Positions 9,572 through 19,595 of a DNA stretch of 64,000 bases are shown here, piece by piece; positions within the stretch are counted from its first letter, which is position 1; every line of letters begins with the position of its first letter. A program made the position numbers and the translations under genes. Source of the stretch: Promethearchaeota archaeon (GTDB taxonomy: Archaea > Asgardarchaeota > Lokiarchaeia > Sigyniarchaeales > SOKP01); NCBI GenBank assembly GCA_030603385.1, contig JAUVXW010000002.1, positions 131,016 through 195,015 of the forward strand, written 5' to 3'. The notes beneath the pieces are model-generated. The model saw nothing but the letters and a program-made list of their open reading frames with translations. It did not search any database and was not told where the DNA came from.

Positions 9572-10376
9572 AATGAAAGGAACCCAATATTCCGAAAAGG
9601 TATTGGAACATTTCCGTAACCCTAGAAATGTAGGAGTAATAGAGAAGCCTGATGGGTATGGACGCGTTGGAAATCCTATTTGTGGCGATTTAATGGATAT
9701 TTACATCAAAGTTGGAAAAAATGAAGCTGGTGAAGATATAATTGATGATGTAAAATTTAGAACTTTTGGTTGTGGGTCAGCTGTTGCCACATCATCAATG
9801 GTGACGACAATGGCTAAGGGAATGAAAGTTGATGATGCTTATGAAATTACTCGGAAAGATGTTGCTGAAGAATTAGATGGACTACCCCCAATAAAGATGC
9901 ATTGTTCTAATTTAGCCGCTGATGCTCTAAAAGCAGCAATTGATAATTATAGAGGTAAGGCAGAAACATATGTAGAGGTAGAACATAGAACCTGCGAAGC
10001 ATCAGAACTCAAGGTAATTCTAGGTATTGATGAATTTCTTGGTAAAGGGGTTTATAAGAAGAAAGTTAAAGATTTATCCGAGTTTAGTAATAAAAGAGTG
10101 TTAGTGATTGATACAGGGGATGAATCTTTAGAATATGCTTTAGAATTGACGAATCATACAGGTAGAGTCATTGCGGTAACGTCTGCGAAATCTATACCCG
10201 GTTCTGAAAACTTACGGAAAAAAATAAAAATGTCTGATGTAAAGATGATACATCAATCTGAACTTTTAGAAGTTATAGGGACAGATGATGTTGAAAAAAT
10301 TAAACTGCATGATTTTGATGAAGATGAAAATTATGAGCTCTTTGTCGATGTAGTAATAATTCTTGAAGAAAATTAA
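9564..10376 (+). CDS. iscU: IscU/NifU-N Fe-S scaffold fused to a degenerate TrxR-like Rossmann domain
   Basis: YSEKVLEHFRNPRNVG, CGD, FGCGSA and LPPIKMHCS; the C-terminal ~125 aa align by eye with the TrxR NADPH domain. Confidence 0.85.
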   Translation: MNRMKGTQYSEKVLEHFRNPRNVGVIEKPDGYGRVGNPICGDLMDIYIKVGKNEAGEDIIDDVKFRTFGCGSAVATSSMVTTMAKGMKVDDAYEITRKDVAEELDGLPPIKMHCSNLAADALKAAIDNYRGKAETYVEVEHRTCEASELKVILGIDEFLGKGVYKKKVKDLSEFSNKRVLVIDTGDESLEYALELTNHTGRVIAVTSAKSIPGSENLRKKIKMSDVKMIHQSELLEVIGTDDVEKIKLHDFDEDENYELFVDVVIILEEN

Positions 10377-10416
10377 GGATTAGGTTTTCAAAAGATTTAA
10401 TTAATACTTTTTCTCT

Positions 10417-11550
10417 CTATTTTTTCATAGATTCTAAAATGTAGTCAGTTATATATTTACTATCTTTGTCTGTTTGATTCTTATAATTCACATATCTAAA
10501 ATTGAAAACACATAGAGGACAGGACGAGATTATTTCTTTTGTTTCCATTTTATTAAATAATTTTTTGCCAATACTAATACAAATACTACTATCAACACCT
10601 CGTATTCCGGAGCCCGATCCACAACATGGTGTTTCTTTAGGGTTAGATGACATCTCTTTTATCTCCAAACCACACTTATTTAGAAGTTCTCTAGGCTCAG
10701 AGAAAAGAGGACCATTTTTGTATTTTCTCCCAAGTCGACATGGATCATGATAAGTAATTGTCCTATTCAAGGGTTTTAAGTTAATTTTACCTTCTCTTTC
10801 TAAATCATAAATAACGTCAACTATATGTTTCACAGTTAAATCAAAATCCTTAAAGTATTTCCGATAAACCTTATCGAAAGCGTATAAACAACCACCGCAA
10901 GTTACGATCAAATTCTTTACGCCAATTTTCTTAAATAACTCAATGTTTTCTTTAAAGATTTTTTTCGCAATATCGATGTTTCCGGCAGAATATACATATT
11001 CACCGCAACAAGGTTCATTTTCTAAAATCTTAAAATCATAACCTGCAAGCTTTAAAATCTCATATGGTGCACTCGCACTTTCTTTAACCCGAAATGAAGA
11101 CATACATCCTAAAAATAAGAGTGTATCCGAATTCTTCTTTTCAAACATTTCTGTTTCTTTATAATTTTCTGCTAACCAATTCAATCTTTCTTCTGGATTT
11201 CCATTAACAGAATTATCTTTCTCAATAATTCCATTAATAATTTTATTATGGATATCTAACGGCGCTTTATTTTCCTTTACTAACTTAACTTTTGATGAAT
11301 AGATAACCTCTGATATTTGTATCATTTGGGGGCAAATCGAATCACATAATGCGCATAAAGTACAAGTATAAAGACTAGTAAGTTCTTCTTGAGAGATTTC
11401 ATTGTTATTAAACACTTTTTGAGCAATCTTTAATCTTCCATTCGGAGATTTTAAAAGATCATTTGTAACGATATAAGTATCACATACTTCTAAACAATTC
11501 TTACAATCTAAGCATTTTTCTATTTCTTCTATAACTTTGTTTTCATCCAT
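10417..11550 (-). CDS. Fe-S oxidoreductase with two 4Fe-4S motifs and CCG domains (HdrD/GlcF-like)
   Basis: Two CxxCxxCxxxC motifs, EPCCG, YHDPCRLGR, CCGSG and CPLC. Confidence 0.88.
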   Translation of the reverse strand: MDENKVIEEIEKCLDCKNCLEVCDTYIVTNDLLKSPNGRLKIAQKVFNNNEISQEELTSLYTCTLCALCDSICPQMIQISEVIYSSKVKLVKENKAPLDIHNKIINGIIEKDNSVNGNPEERLNWLAENYKETEMFEKKNSDTLLFLGCMSSFRVKESASAPYEILKLAGYDFKILENEPCCGEYVYSAGNIDIAKKIFKENIELFKKIGVKNLIVTCGGCLYAFDKVYRKYFKDFDLTVKHIVDVIYDLEREGKINLKPLNRTITYHDPCRLGRKYKNGPLFSEPRELLNKCGLEIKEMSSNPKETPCCGSGSGIRGVDSSICISIGKKLFNKMETKEIISSCPLCVFNFRYVNYKNQTDKDSKYITDYILESMKK

Positions 11551-11682
11551 GGTGATATCATTTTTCTTAATATTAGATTATATACTAAGTTTTCTAACTT
11601 ATAGTAACCAGATTTAAATTATACGCTTTATTAAGAATAGGATAAGATAATTATATAATTCAAATAAGATTTTAGGTTAATT

Positions 11683-14070
11683 ATGATGAGAGTTGTAATT
11701 GTTGGGGGCGTTGCAGGTGGAGCTTCTGCAGCTGCTCGTTTAAGAAGATTAAAAGAAGATTTTGAAATTGTCATGTTAGATAAAGGCCCGTATGTTAGCT
11801 TTGCCAACTGTGGGCTTCCATATTATATATCGAATATAATAAAGGATCGTGAGTCTTTAGAACTAGTAACTCCAGATAGATTTCTTGAAAGGTTCAATAT
11901 TGATGTACGGGTAAACAACGAGGTAATATCGATAGATAAAGCGAAAAAACAGATTAAAGTCAGAGATTTAAAGAAAAATGAAGAGTATGATCTCGATTAT
12001 AACTACTTAATCTTAGCAACTGGATCAAAACCTATAGTTCCACCCTTCTTAGGTCTTGACGATGTTCCACATTTTACTGTGCGGACAATTCCAGATGCTG
12101 TAAAAATAAGAGAGTATGTTGAAAAATTTCATATAAAAAATGCTGTTATTGTTGGTGGAGGGTTTATTGGTTTAGAGATGGCAGAAAACTTAGCAGAGAA
12201 AGGCATTAGAGTAAAAATCGTTGAAATGTTAGATCAGGTTATGCCCCCTATTGATAAAGAAATGGCACAGTTTATTCATCAAGAATTAATATTGAATGGA
12301 GTATGTCTTGTTTTAGAAGATCCAGTTGATTCTTTCGGAAGGACTGATGACGATAAACCTTTTGTTAAAACTAAAAGTGGTCGAATAATAGAAACAGATT
12401 TAATTATTTTATCTATTGGTATTAGACCAGAAAATATCTTAGCTAAAGATGCTGGTTTAGAATTAACAGAGAGAGGCTATGTCAATGTCAATAATATAAT
12501 GCAAACATCTGATCCAAATATTTATGCTGTAGGTGATATTGTTCAAGTTCAACATCTTCAAACCAAAAAACCAATATCCTTAGCATTAGCTGGCCCAGCA
12601 AATAAACAAGGAAGAGTAGCAGCAGATAATATTGCTGGAAGAAATTCAGAATATAAAGGGGTTTTAGGGGCTTCTGTCGTAAAAGTTTTTGATTTAACAG
12701 TTGCATCTGTAGGATTAACAGAAAAACAATTAAAAATGTTAGATTTCAATTATGAAAAAATATACATTCATCCCAATAATCATGCAGGGTACTATCCCGG
12801 AGCTATTCCAATAACTCTAAAATTAATTTTTGAAATTCCAAGTGGTAAAATTCTTGGAGCTCAAGCTGTTGGAGGTCCAGGTACAGAAAAGAGAATTGAT
12901 GTTATTTCAACTGTAATAAAATTTAATGGCACAGTGTTTGATTTGGAAGAATTAGAATTGACTTATGCTCCACCATATGGTTCCGCAAAGGATCCTGTAA
13001 ATATGGCTGGATTCGTTGCTGCTAATTATCTTAAAGAAGATATGCCTATTTGGCATTGGCATGATTTTCCTGATATTACAAATAATGGGGGTGTTTTGTT
13101 GGACGTTAGAACTAAAGAAGAATTTGCTGCTAGAACCATTGATGGCTCAATAAACATACCAATTGAGGAAATTAGGAACCGATTAGATGATATTCCTAAT
13201 GATAAATCAATCTATGTTTACTGTGAAGTAGGATATAGGAGTTATTTAGCATTAAGAATTCTACTGCAAAGTGGGTATAATGAAGTCTATGAATTAACAG
13301 GGGGATTTAAAATCTTTGAGATGGCAAATGCTACAACAGAAGAAATAATGGCTGCATGTGGAGGATCCGAAAATGTTATCGAAGAATTTGTTCACGAAAA
13401 AGCTACTGAAAGCGAAGATTATATAGAAGTCGATGCAGGTGGATTATCCTGTCCAGGACCTCTTAATGCATTAATTAAATCTCTTGATACATTACCTGAA
13501 AATAAAAAATTAAAGATTTTTGCTACTGACCCCGGATTTAAATCTAGCGTTGAGGCATATTCCAAATTAAATGACGCTGTAGAATTGTTAAGTCTTGGAA
13601 AACAACAAGGAAAATTAGTGGCTATTTTAGAAAAAGTCCAACCTACGGTGGAAGTAATAACACCTATAAAAAAGAAAACTAGGAAAGAATTAAGACCACT
13701 TGATGCTCCTCCAGTTTCAGATATCAGTGTTGATGAGTTATATGAACGCCTTGATACTGAGGATGAGCCACCACTTCTAATCGATGTTCGAACACCACAG
13801 GAATATAATGGTCCCGCTGGTCATATTAAAAATGCCAAATTGATTCCATTAGGAGAGCTTTTAAGTAATACAGATGTTATAAATGATTTTAAAGTAGAGG
13901 AAATAATCGCAATCTGTCACTCTGGTTCTCGATCTATGATGGCTGCTCAAATACTAGCTCAAGCGGGATTTAAAGATATAAGAAATTTAACAGGTGGAAT
14001 GATGATGTGGCATAGAAAAGGATATCCCATCGAGTTAGAAGAAAGTAGAATGGTAGAAACTTATTATTAA
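11683..14070 (+). CDS. CoA-disulfide/persulfide reductase with rhodanese-TusA-rhodanese C-terminal domains
   Basis: GGVAGG, SFANCGLPY, GGGFIGLE and YAPP; rhodanese YCEVGYRS; TusA CPGP; second rhodanese CHSGSRS. Confidence 0.9.
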   Translation: MMRVVIVGGVAGGASAAARLRRLKEDFEIVMLDKGPYVSFANCGLPYYISNIIKDRESLELVTPDRFLERFNIDVRVNNEVISIDKAKKQIKVRDLKKNEEYDLDYNYLILATGSKPIVPPFLGLDDVPHFTVRTIPDAVKIREYVEKFHIKNAVIVGGGFIGLEMAENLAEKGIRVKIVEMLDQVMPPIDKEMAQFIHQELILNGVCLVLEDPVDSFGRTDDDKPFVKTKSGRIIETDLIILSIGIRPENILAKDAGLELTERGYVNVNNIMQTSDPNIYAVGDIVQVQHLQTKKPISLALAGPANKQGRVAADNIAGRNSEYKGVLGASVVKVFDLTVASVGLTEKQLKMLDFNYEKIYIHPNNHAGYYPGAIPITLKLIFEIPSGKILGAQAVGGPGTEKRIDVISTVIKFNGTVFDLEELELTYAPPYGSAKDPVNMAGFVAANYLKEDMPIWHWHDFPDITNNGGVLLDVRTKEEFAARTIDGSINIPIEEIRNRLDDIPNDKSIYVYCEVGYRSYLALRILLQSGYNEVYELTGGFKIFEMANATTEEIMAACGGSENVIEEFVHEKATESEDYIEVDAGGLSCPGPLNALIKSLDTLPENKKLKIFATDPGFKSSVEAYSKLNDAVELLSLGKQQGKLVAILEKVQPTVEVITPIKKKTRKELRPLDAPPVSDISVDELYERLDTEDEPPLLIDVRTPQEYNGPAGHIKNAKLIPLGELLSNTDVINDFKVEEIIAICHSGSRSMMAAQILAQAGFKDIRNLTGGMMMWHRKGYPIELEESRMVETYY

Positions 14071-14196
14071 ACGAAGCCTATTTTGGTTTTTCTTTAATTT
14101 ATAAGTGAAAAAGTTAAAATTAAGGCGAAATAATTTAAATCCAAATACATTCATATAAATCGAAAATTCCAATTTACAAAAAAGAGGTACAAAATT

Positions 14197-14787
14197 ATGA
14201 AAGAAACTGCTAAAAAATTATATACCGCATATGTGGGAGAATCTCAAGCCCGCAATAGGTATAACTACTTTGCTAAAATCGCAAAAAAAGAAGGATATAT
14301 ACTAGTGTCAAAAATTTTTGACGAAACATCAGATCAAGAAAAGGAACATGGTAGCTGGTTTTATAAGATGCTTCAAGGGTTCAAGAAGGAAGAATCCTTT
14401 GATGAAATGAAGGTACTCCCCGATGCAGAATTTCCAACAACCCATGGAACTACAGTTGAAAATCTGAAATCTGCGATGGCGGGAGAAGACATGGAATGGC
14501 AAACACTTTATCCTGATATAGCTGAGACTGCCGAAAAAGAAGGATATCCTGATATTGCCACAAGAGTACGCGCTATTATGGTTGCTGAAAAACATCACTC
14601 TGAGAGATATGGGAAACTTTTGAAACTAGTCGGTGATGATGCTTTCTTTAAACGAGGGTCAAAGGTCGTTTGGATATGTTTAGAATGCGGCTTTGAAGTA
14701 GAAATGGATGAGCTACCTGATAGTTGGGAGTGTCCTAGCTGTGGACATAGTAGAGCATACTTCAGGAAAAAATGTGAAGATTTCTAA
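14197..14787 (+). CDS. rbr: Rubrerythrin
   Basis: GESQA..Y, EKEH and EKHH diiron motifs; C-terminal CLECG...CPSC. Confidence 0.93.
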   Translation: MKETAKKLYTAYVGESQARNRYNYFAKIAKKEGYILVSKIFDETSDQEKEHGSWFYKMLQGFKKEESFDEMKVLPDAEFPTTHGTTVENLKSAMAGEDMEWQTLYPDIAETAEKEGYPDIATRVRAIMVAEKHHSERYGKLLKLVGDDAFFKRGSKVVWICLECGFEVEMDELPDSWECPSCGHSRAYFRKKCEDF

Positions 14788-14880
14788 AAAAAGCAATAAA
14801 TCTTTAATTTAAAATCAAAGTTTTTAAAAATCAAAATAGATGATTTAAAGAACAACAGAATAAGAATCTGTGAATTAAAT

Positions 14881-15273
14881 ATGAAACAGAAAGAAGTTTG
14901 GAAATGTAATATATGTGGAAAAGTTATTGAAATTCTTAACCCAGCAGCTCCTGAAACGATTTGTTGTGGACAACCAATGGTTTTAATGGAGGAGAAGACT
15001 GCCGATTGGAAGGGCGAGAAGCATGTTCCTAAGATCACTATCGATGGTAATAAAGTTACTGTCGATGTTGGAATTTCTATGGGAACCCCACATCCTATGA
15101 CGGAAGAACACTATATCATGTGGATTGAGCTTATCTGTAAAGATAACTGTTATAAAAGGCAAATGTTAGCCCCTGGAATGGAACCTAAAGCAACTTTCGT
15201 TGTTGCGGATACAAGCGGGTTAAAGGCCAGGGAATATTGTAATCTCCATGGACTCTGGGTTGGGACAGAATAA
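14881..15273 (+). CDS. dfx: Desulfoferrodoxin (2Fe superoxide reductase)
   Basis: CNICG..CCG, EKHVP, HPM..EH and CNLHG motifs. Confidence 0.93.
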   Translation: MKQKEVWKCNICGKVIEILNPAAPETICCGQPMVLMEEKTADWKGEKHVPKITIDGNKVTVDVGISMGTPHPMTEEHYIMWIELICKDNCYKRQMLAPGMEPKATFVVADTSGLKAREYCNLHGLWVGTE

Positions 15274-15397
15274 ATTAAATTCTTTTTTTTTATTTTATTT
15301 TTATTTTTTAAATATTTTAAAATAATGAAGTTTTAAGATGTTTAACCACAATTAAATATATCAAAATCAAATAATTTCTCTGCTGTTTAAAGGAAGA

Positions 15398-16762
15398 ATG
15401 ATTTTATTCTTACAATTATTTGTAATCTTTTGTTTTGTTATTGTCATCATTGCGCTTTTTCGTGAAAAAACGGATTTCTTAACTTATAGTGTTGCAGCTA
15501 TGCTTGCTGCAGCCACTGCAACATTTATCTTTTCACCAGAGCCTTTTTCTATTGATGAATTTATCCTTTCAATAGATTGGTCAATAATTTTTTTCTTAAT
15601 ATCTCTATTTACAATTGTGGTTATTTTAGAAGAACAACTAATTTTTCAAGAGATATCCTTAAGAATAACGAAAAAATTTAGTACAAACACTCGTCAGTTT
15701 TTTTGGGTGATTTGTTTGATTTCCACCTTAAGTGCTGCTTTTATTGAAGATGTCTCTGTAGCTGTTATATTTATTCCCATGATTATTAGGACAAGTGAGA
15801 AGATGAGAATTAACCCTGCACCAATTCTTCTAGGAATGACTATATGTATCAACCTTGCCTCAACTCTAACCCCTTTTGGCTCTGCAGAGAATATATTGAT
15901 AGCAAACAGATTTAACTTATCTACCAGCTGGTTTTTTACAAATTTATTAGTATATTTCATTATTGGTACATTCCTGACACTCTTTCTTTTAGATCATTTT
16001 GTTCTCAGAAAACATTTAAATGAAATTTGGGTTCCACATTGTGAAGAATATGATGAGCCTTTAGAAAGTGAACATTTGGAAGAGCATGAGTTGGTAATCT
16101 TAGAAGAGTCAATTAATTCTAAGATTTTTTATCGCAATTTAATCGCTTTATTTTTCTTTTTTATATTGTTAATGGTTATTCCAAATATTTTATTCGTTGG
16201 GCTTTTAGGAATGTTAATATTTGTGTTTATTAATCCGCGTAGGGGAGAAGCAGGTAAAAAGAAACCAGACATTTCCTATTACTTTACTAAAGTTGATTTT
16301 AAGTTACCATTCTTTTTTATAAGTCTATTTGTTCTTATATTTTGTTTTGAAGAAGTAGGGCTTATTGGTATTATAGCAGATTTTGTGGTTACCATAGCAC
16401 CGGACAATCTCTTCTTACTATGTGTAATCGTATTAATTTTAACGTCTGTTCTCTCAGGATTCCTTGATAATATTCCAGTTACGGTTCTTTTTATACCGAT
16501 AATAAATGTTTTAATTGACCCATTAGGGCTTGGCTTTTCACAAATTCCCTTGTTGATAGCGTTTATTTTAGGAATTAATTTAGGGGGGAATTTCCTGCCT
16601 CAAGGTAGTGCAGCTGATATGATGACTTTGGAACTTTCTACTAAATATTGTGTTGATGATTTGAATTATAGAAGATTATTAAAGATTGGAGGGCTTTTTG
16701 CCTTATTACATATTATGTTAGGAATTGGTTATCTTGCCTTAATAATTTTTATCTTCTTTTGA
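15398..16762 (+). CDS. ArsB/NhaD/CitMHS (IT superfamily) transporter
   Basis: Multi-TM protein with SAFIED, LTPFGSAEN, SGFLDNIP and NLGGN motifs. Confidence 0.85.
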   Translation: MILFLQLFVIFCFVIVIIALFREKTDFLTYSVAAMLAAATATFIFSPEPFSIDEFILSIDWSIIFFLISLFTIVVILEEQLIFQEISLRITKKFSTNTRQFFWVICLISTLSAAFIEDVSVAVIFIPMIIRTSEKMRINPAPILLGMTICINLASTLTPFGSAENILIANRFNLSTSWFFTNLLVYFIIGTFLTLFLLDHFVLRKHLNEIWVPHCEEYDEPLESEHLEEHELVILEESINSKIFYRNLIALFFFFILLMVIPNILFVGLLGMLIFVFINPRRGEAGKKKPDISYYFTKVDFKLPFFFISLFVLIFCFEEVGLIGIIADFVVTIAPDNLFLLCVIVLILTSVLSGFLDNIPVTVLFIPIINVLIDPLGLGFSQIPLLIAFILGINLGGNFLPQGSAADMMTLELSTKYCVDDLNYRRLLKIGGLFALLHIMLGIGYLALIIFIFF

Positions 16763-16805
16763 AAACTTCTAAATATAGAACAAAAAATAAGGATCTCATA
16801 AAATA

Positions 16806-17354
16806 ATGAGTAAGAAAAAAGCAATAATACTAGATAGAGATGGTACTTTAATTGAAGATCGAAATTATGCCTATAAGATCGAAGATTTAGAGATATTATC
16901 TGGTGTAATTGAAGGTTTAAAATATCTTCAGAGCGACTTCGTATTTTTTATAGTTACAAATCAATCCGGTATTGGGAGAGGATATTATACTGTTGAGGAT
17001 TTTGAGAAGTTCAACACTCATTTATTAGAAATTCTTGATAAGAATGATATCAAAATACTTAAAACTTACTATTGTCCTCATTTGAAAGAGGATAAATGCG
17101 ATTGTAGGAAACCCAAAACAAAATATATTAATGAAATAATTAATGAATTTAATGTTGACATCAAAGAATCATGGATGGTAGGTGATCATCCATCTGATAT
17201 AGGATTTGGGATAAATGGAGAGTGTAGAACAGTTTTCCTCACTACTGGGCATGGTAATAAACATTTAGATGAATTGGAATCTCTCGGAATAAATCCAACA
17301 ATAATAAGTGATAATTTTTTGGCTGCAGCGAAAGAAATTATGACATTTCATTAA
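16806..17354 (+). CDS. HAD IIIA phosphatase (GmhB/HisB-N-like)
   Basis: LDRDGTL, TNQSGIGRG, CPH..CDCRKP and MVGD motifs. Confidence 0.9.
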   Translation: MSKKKAIILDRDGTLIEDRNYAYKIEDLEILSGVIEGLKYLQSDFVFFIVTNQSGIGRGYYTVEDFEKFNTHLLEILDKNDIKILKTYYCPHLKEDKCDCRKPKTKYINEIINEFNVDIKESWMVGDHPSDIGFGINGECRTVFLTTGHGNKHLDELESLGINPTIISDNFLAAAKEIMTFH

Positions 17355-17474
17355 TCATAAAAAGCAGGTTTTTAGAATTCTCATTTTTCTTAACACTAAT
17401 AAACGATCATTATAAAAATCTAAATTTCTTTTAATCATTTATTATATTAGGTATGAATATAATTTGAGATTGTT

Positions 17475-17963
17475 ATGTACTACAGAAAATTGAATAATGC
17501 TGCAATGTGGAAAAAGATTCAAAAATTAAGAGAGTTTATCAAATTGGAGCATAATTTCAAGGAAAGGGTGTGTTGGGAATGTAGTAAAGATCTCAATATC
17601 TATGATTTTCTCAGTGATAATGTTGATTTTACTCCTGAATATATCTTAAAATTATGGCAAACACCTATTTTAGAATTCCATTGCTGTGAATGCTTTAGAA
17701 ATCTCAAAATTGATGAGCTCAAAAAAATTGAGCAAGAATTACCTACACGAATTTGTTTGAAGTGTAATGCTCTAATAGATATTTATAAATTTAGCAAATT
17801 TCATAACTACTTGAAAATCCACGAGTTAAGAAAATTGTGGTTAGATAAAAACTTTAAAATTTTCTGTGATAATCTATGTCAGCGTAAATACTTTAAAATA
17901 TATTATGATTTTCTAAAAAAGAGAAAAATGGAAAAACAAGCAGAATTAAATAGGAAGATATAA
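17475..17963 (+). CDS. Cys-rich hypothetical protein with two tandem putative Zn modules
   Basis: RVCWEC..IYDF..KLW..CCEC and RICLKC..IYKF..KLW..CDNLC. Confidence 0.7.
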   Translation: MYYRKLNNAAMWKKIQKLREFIKLEHNFKERVCWECSKDLNIYDFLSDNVDFTPEYILKLWQTPILEFHCCECFRNLKIDELKKIEQELPTRICLKCNALIDIYKFSKFHNYLKIHELRKLWLDKNFKIFCDNLCQRKYFKIYYDFLKKRKMEKQAELNRKI

Positions 17964-17965
17964 AT

Positions 17966-19453
17966 TCATGATTGGCGCTTCTCTTCATAATCCTTACGTT
18001 TTTGTTCATGCATTATAAGCAATTCTTTTTTCATCTCTTCTACTACTTTTCCTGTTAATGGATAAAATTTCACCCAAACAAGCAAACCGATTAAACATGC
18101 TATTCCTGGTACAAGGGTCATACTTATATTAACTCCTAAAGAAGCCAAGAACATCCCCTTCGTAGCATCTAATCCATCTACAGCATCCACATAAATTAAC
18201 CCAAATATAGTCATCAATGCGGTTGGGATTGCTAAAGCTACACTTATCATAGGTTTACTTAGCAGTGGACCCACACCCGCATAGAGTCCTTCTCTCCTCT
18301 CTCCTGAGATTTTCCAATAATCAAAATCTATTGTATCTGCTCTCATTGGATTATGCAGAATAAAATCTCCCGCAAAACCAGACATAAAAATTGAAAACCC
18401 TATCGAAACAAGAATCCAATTTTTTGATAGTCCCGCAAAAAAGCTAAAAAAACTCCCTACAGTTAACATCACGAGATAATATGTTATGGAGGCTTTTGTT
18501 GAGATTTTTGCTGCAATTCTCAGAATAAGTGGTACTGAAATAAGTAAGCAGAGTATTGGTCCTATCCAAAATAAGATAATATTAATTCCTTCCATTTGAT
18601 CAAGAACCCAAGTTAAGTAGAAAGGTAAACTCACCATTACTATATTGATTAGAAATACTGAAACTCCGTCATAAATTATATAAACTCTAAAAGAGGGATT
18701 TTTGAACGCAAGTTTTATTGATTTTAATAATGGGGTTTTTTCATCAGGTATATGTTCACTATGCTCACGAACGTATTTTGATAAGATTAAATACGGAAAT
18801 ACCCCAAAAATAGCGATAATTACTACAAGCCATTGAAATTGAGTAATCGTTTCTCTAGTTGGATTTGCTAAAAATATAACAGGGACAATAAATCCTATTA
18901 TAATTGCAGGTAAGGTAAAAATAGTGCCTACCAATTGTATTTTTTCTCGTTCTCGTTGATTTAAGGTCATTTGGGGTAGTAAAGCAACGTGAGCAATTAG
19001 AACAAGTGTAAATAGCGTATCATAAGCAATTTGGGTAATGAGATACCAGGTAAAAAGCCAAATTTGAACTGTAAGATCTGATGTTTGGCCTCTCCAAGCA
19101 TCTGGGGGAAAAAAAACCAGAGCAAAACATAAACTAAAAATTGGAGCCCCAAATTTAATAAAAGGAATATATCTTTGAAGTTCTCCTCTCTTCTTGTTAT
19201 AATATCGAGTATTACCAATTATATTTCCAAAAATTGGATCATTTACTACATTCCAAACGGCATATACAATCAGGGCAATAAATATCCATATATTTAATAA
19301 TCCCATCCATGCAAAATAAAAAGATTGGATTACACCCATGACTCCACCGTAGAAAGTACCTGGCATTTGAGCAAAGCCATAGGATAATTTTTCCTTTAAA
19401 GGTACTATCTCGGAAGCTCCATTTTCTAACAATTCTGTACTTTTATGAGTCAA
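17966..19453 (-). CDS. MFS transporter, GPH (MelB-like) family
   Basis: WNVVNDPIFG and ADTID...RREGLY motifs; about 12 TM. Confidence 0.88.
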   Translation of the reverse strand: MTHKSTELLENGASEIVPLKEKLSYGFAQMPGTFYGGVMGVIQSFYFAWMGLLNIWIFIALIVYAVWNVVNDPIFGNIIGNTRYYNKKRGELQRYIPFIKFGAPIFSLCFALVFFPPDAWRGQTSDLTVQIWLFTWYLITQIAYDTLFTLVLIAHVALLPQMTLNQREREKIQLVGTIFTLPAIIIGFIVPVIFLANPTRETITQFQWLVVIIAIFGVFPYLILSKYVREHSEHIPDEKTPLLKSIKLAFKNPSFRVYIIYDGVSVFLINIVMVSLPFYLTWVLDQMEGINIILFWIGPILCLLISVPLILRIAAKISTKASITYYLVMLTVGSFFSFFAGLSKNWILVSIGFSIFMSGFAGDFILHNPMRADTIDFDYWKISGERREGLYAGVGPLLSKPMISVALAIPTALMTIFGLIYVDAVDGLDATKGMFLASLGVNISMTLVPGIACLIGLLVWVKFYPLTGKVVEEMKKELLIMHEQKRKDYEEKRQS

Positions 19454-19595
19454 AATAATTACACTTGTCTAAGCAAAATTTAAAGTATAATTTCGGAAAA
19501 TTATTGACGATTTTTCAATATTTTGAAAATGTTGTAAATAAAAAGTAAAAAAATGAAATATATTTAAATTCTAATTTTTACCCAGATTTAAGATA

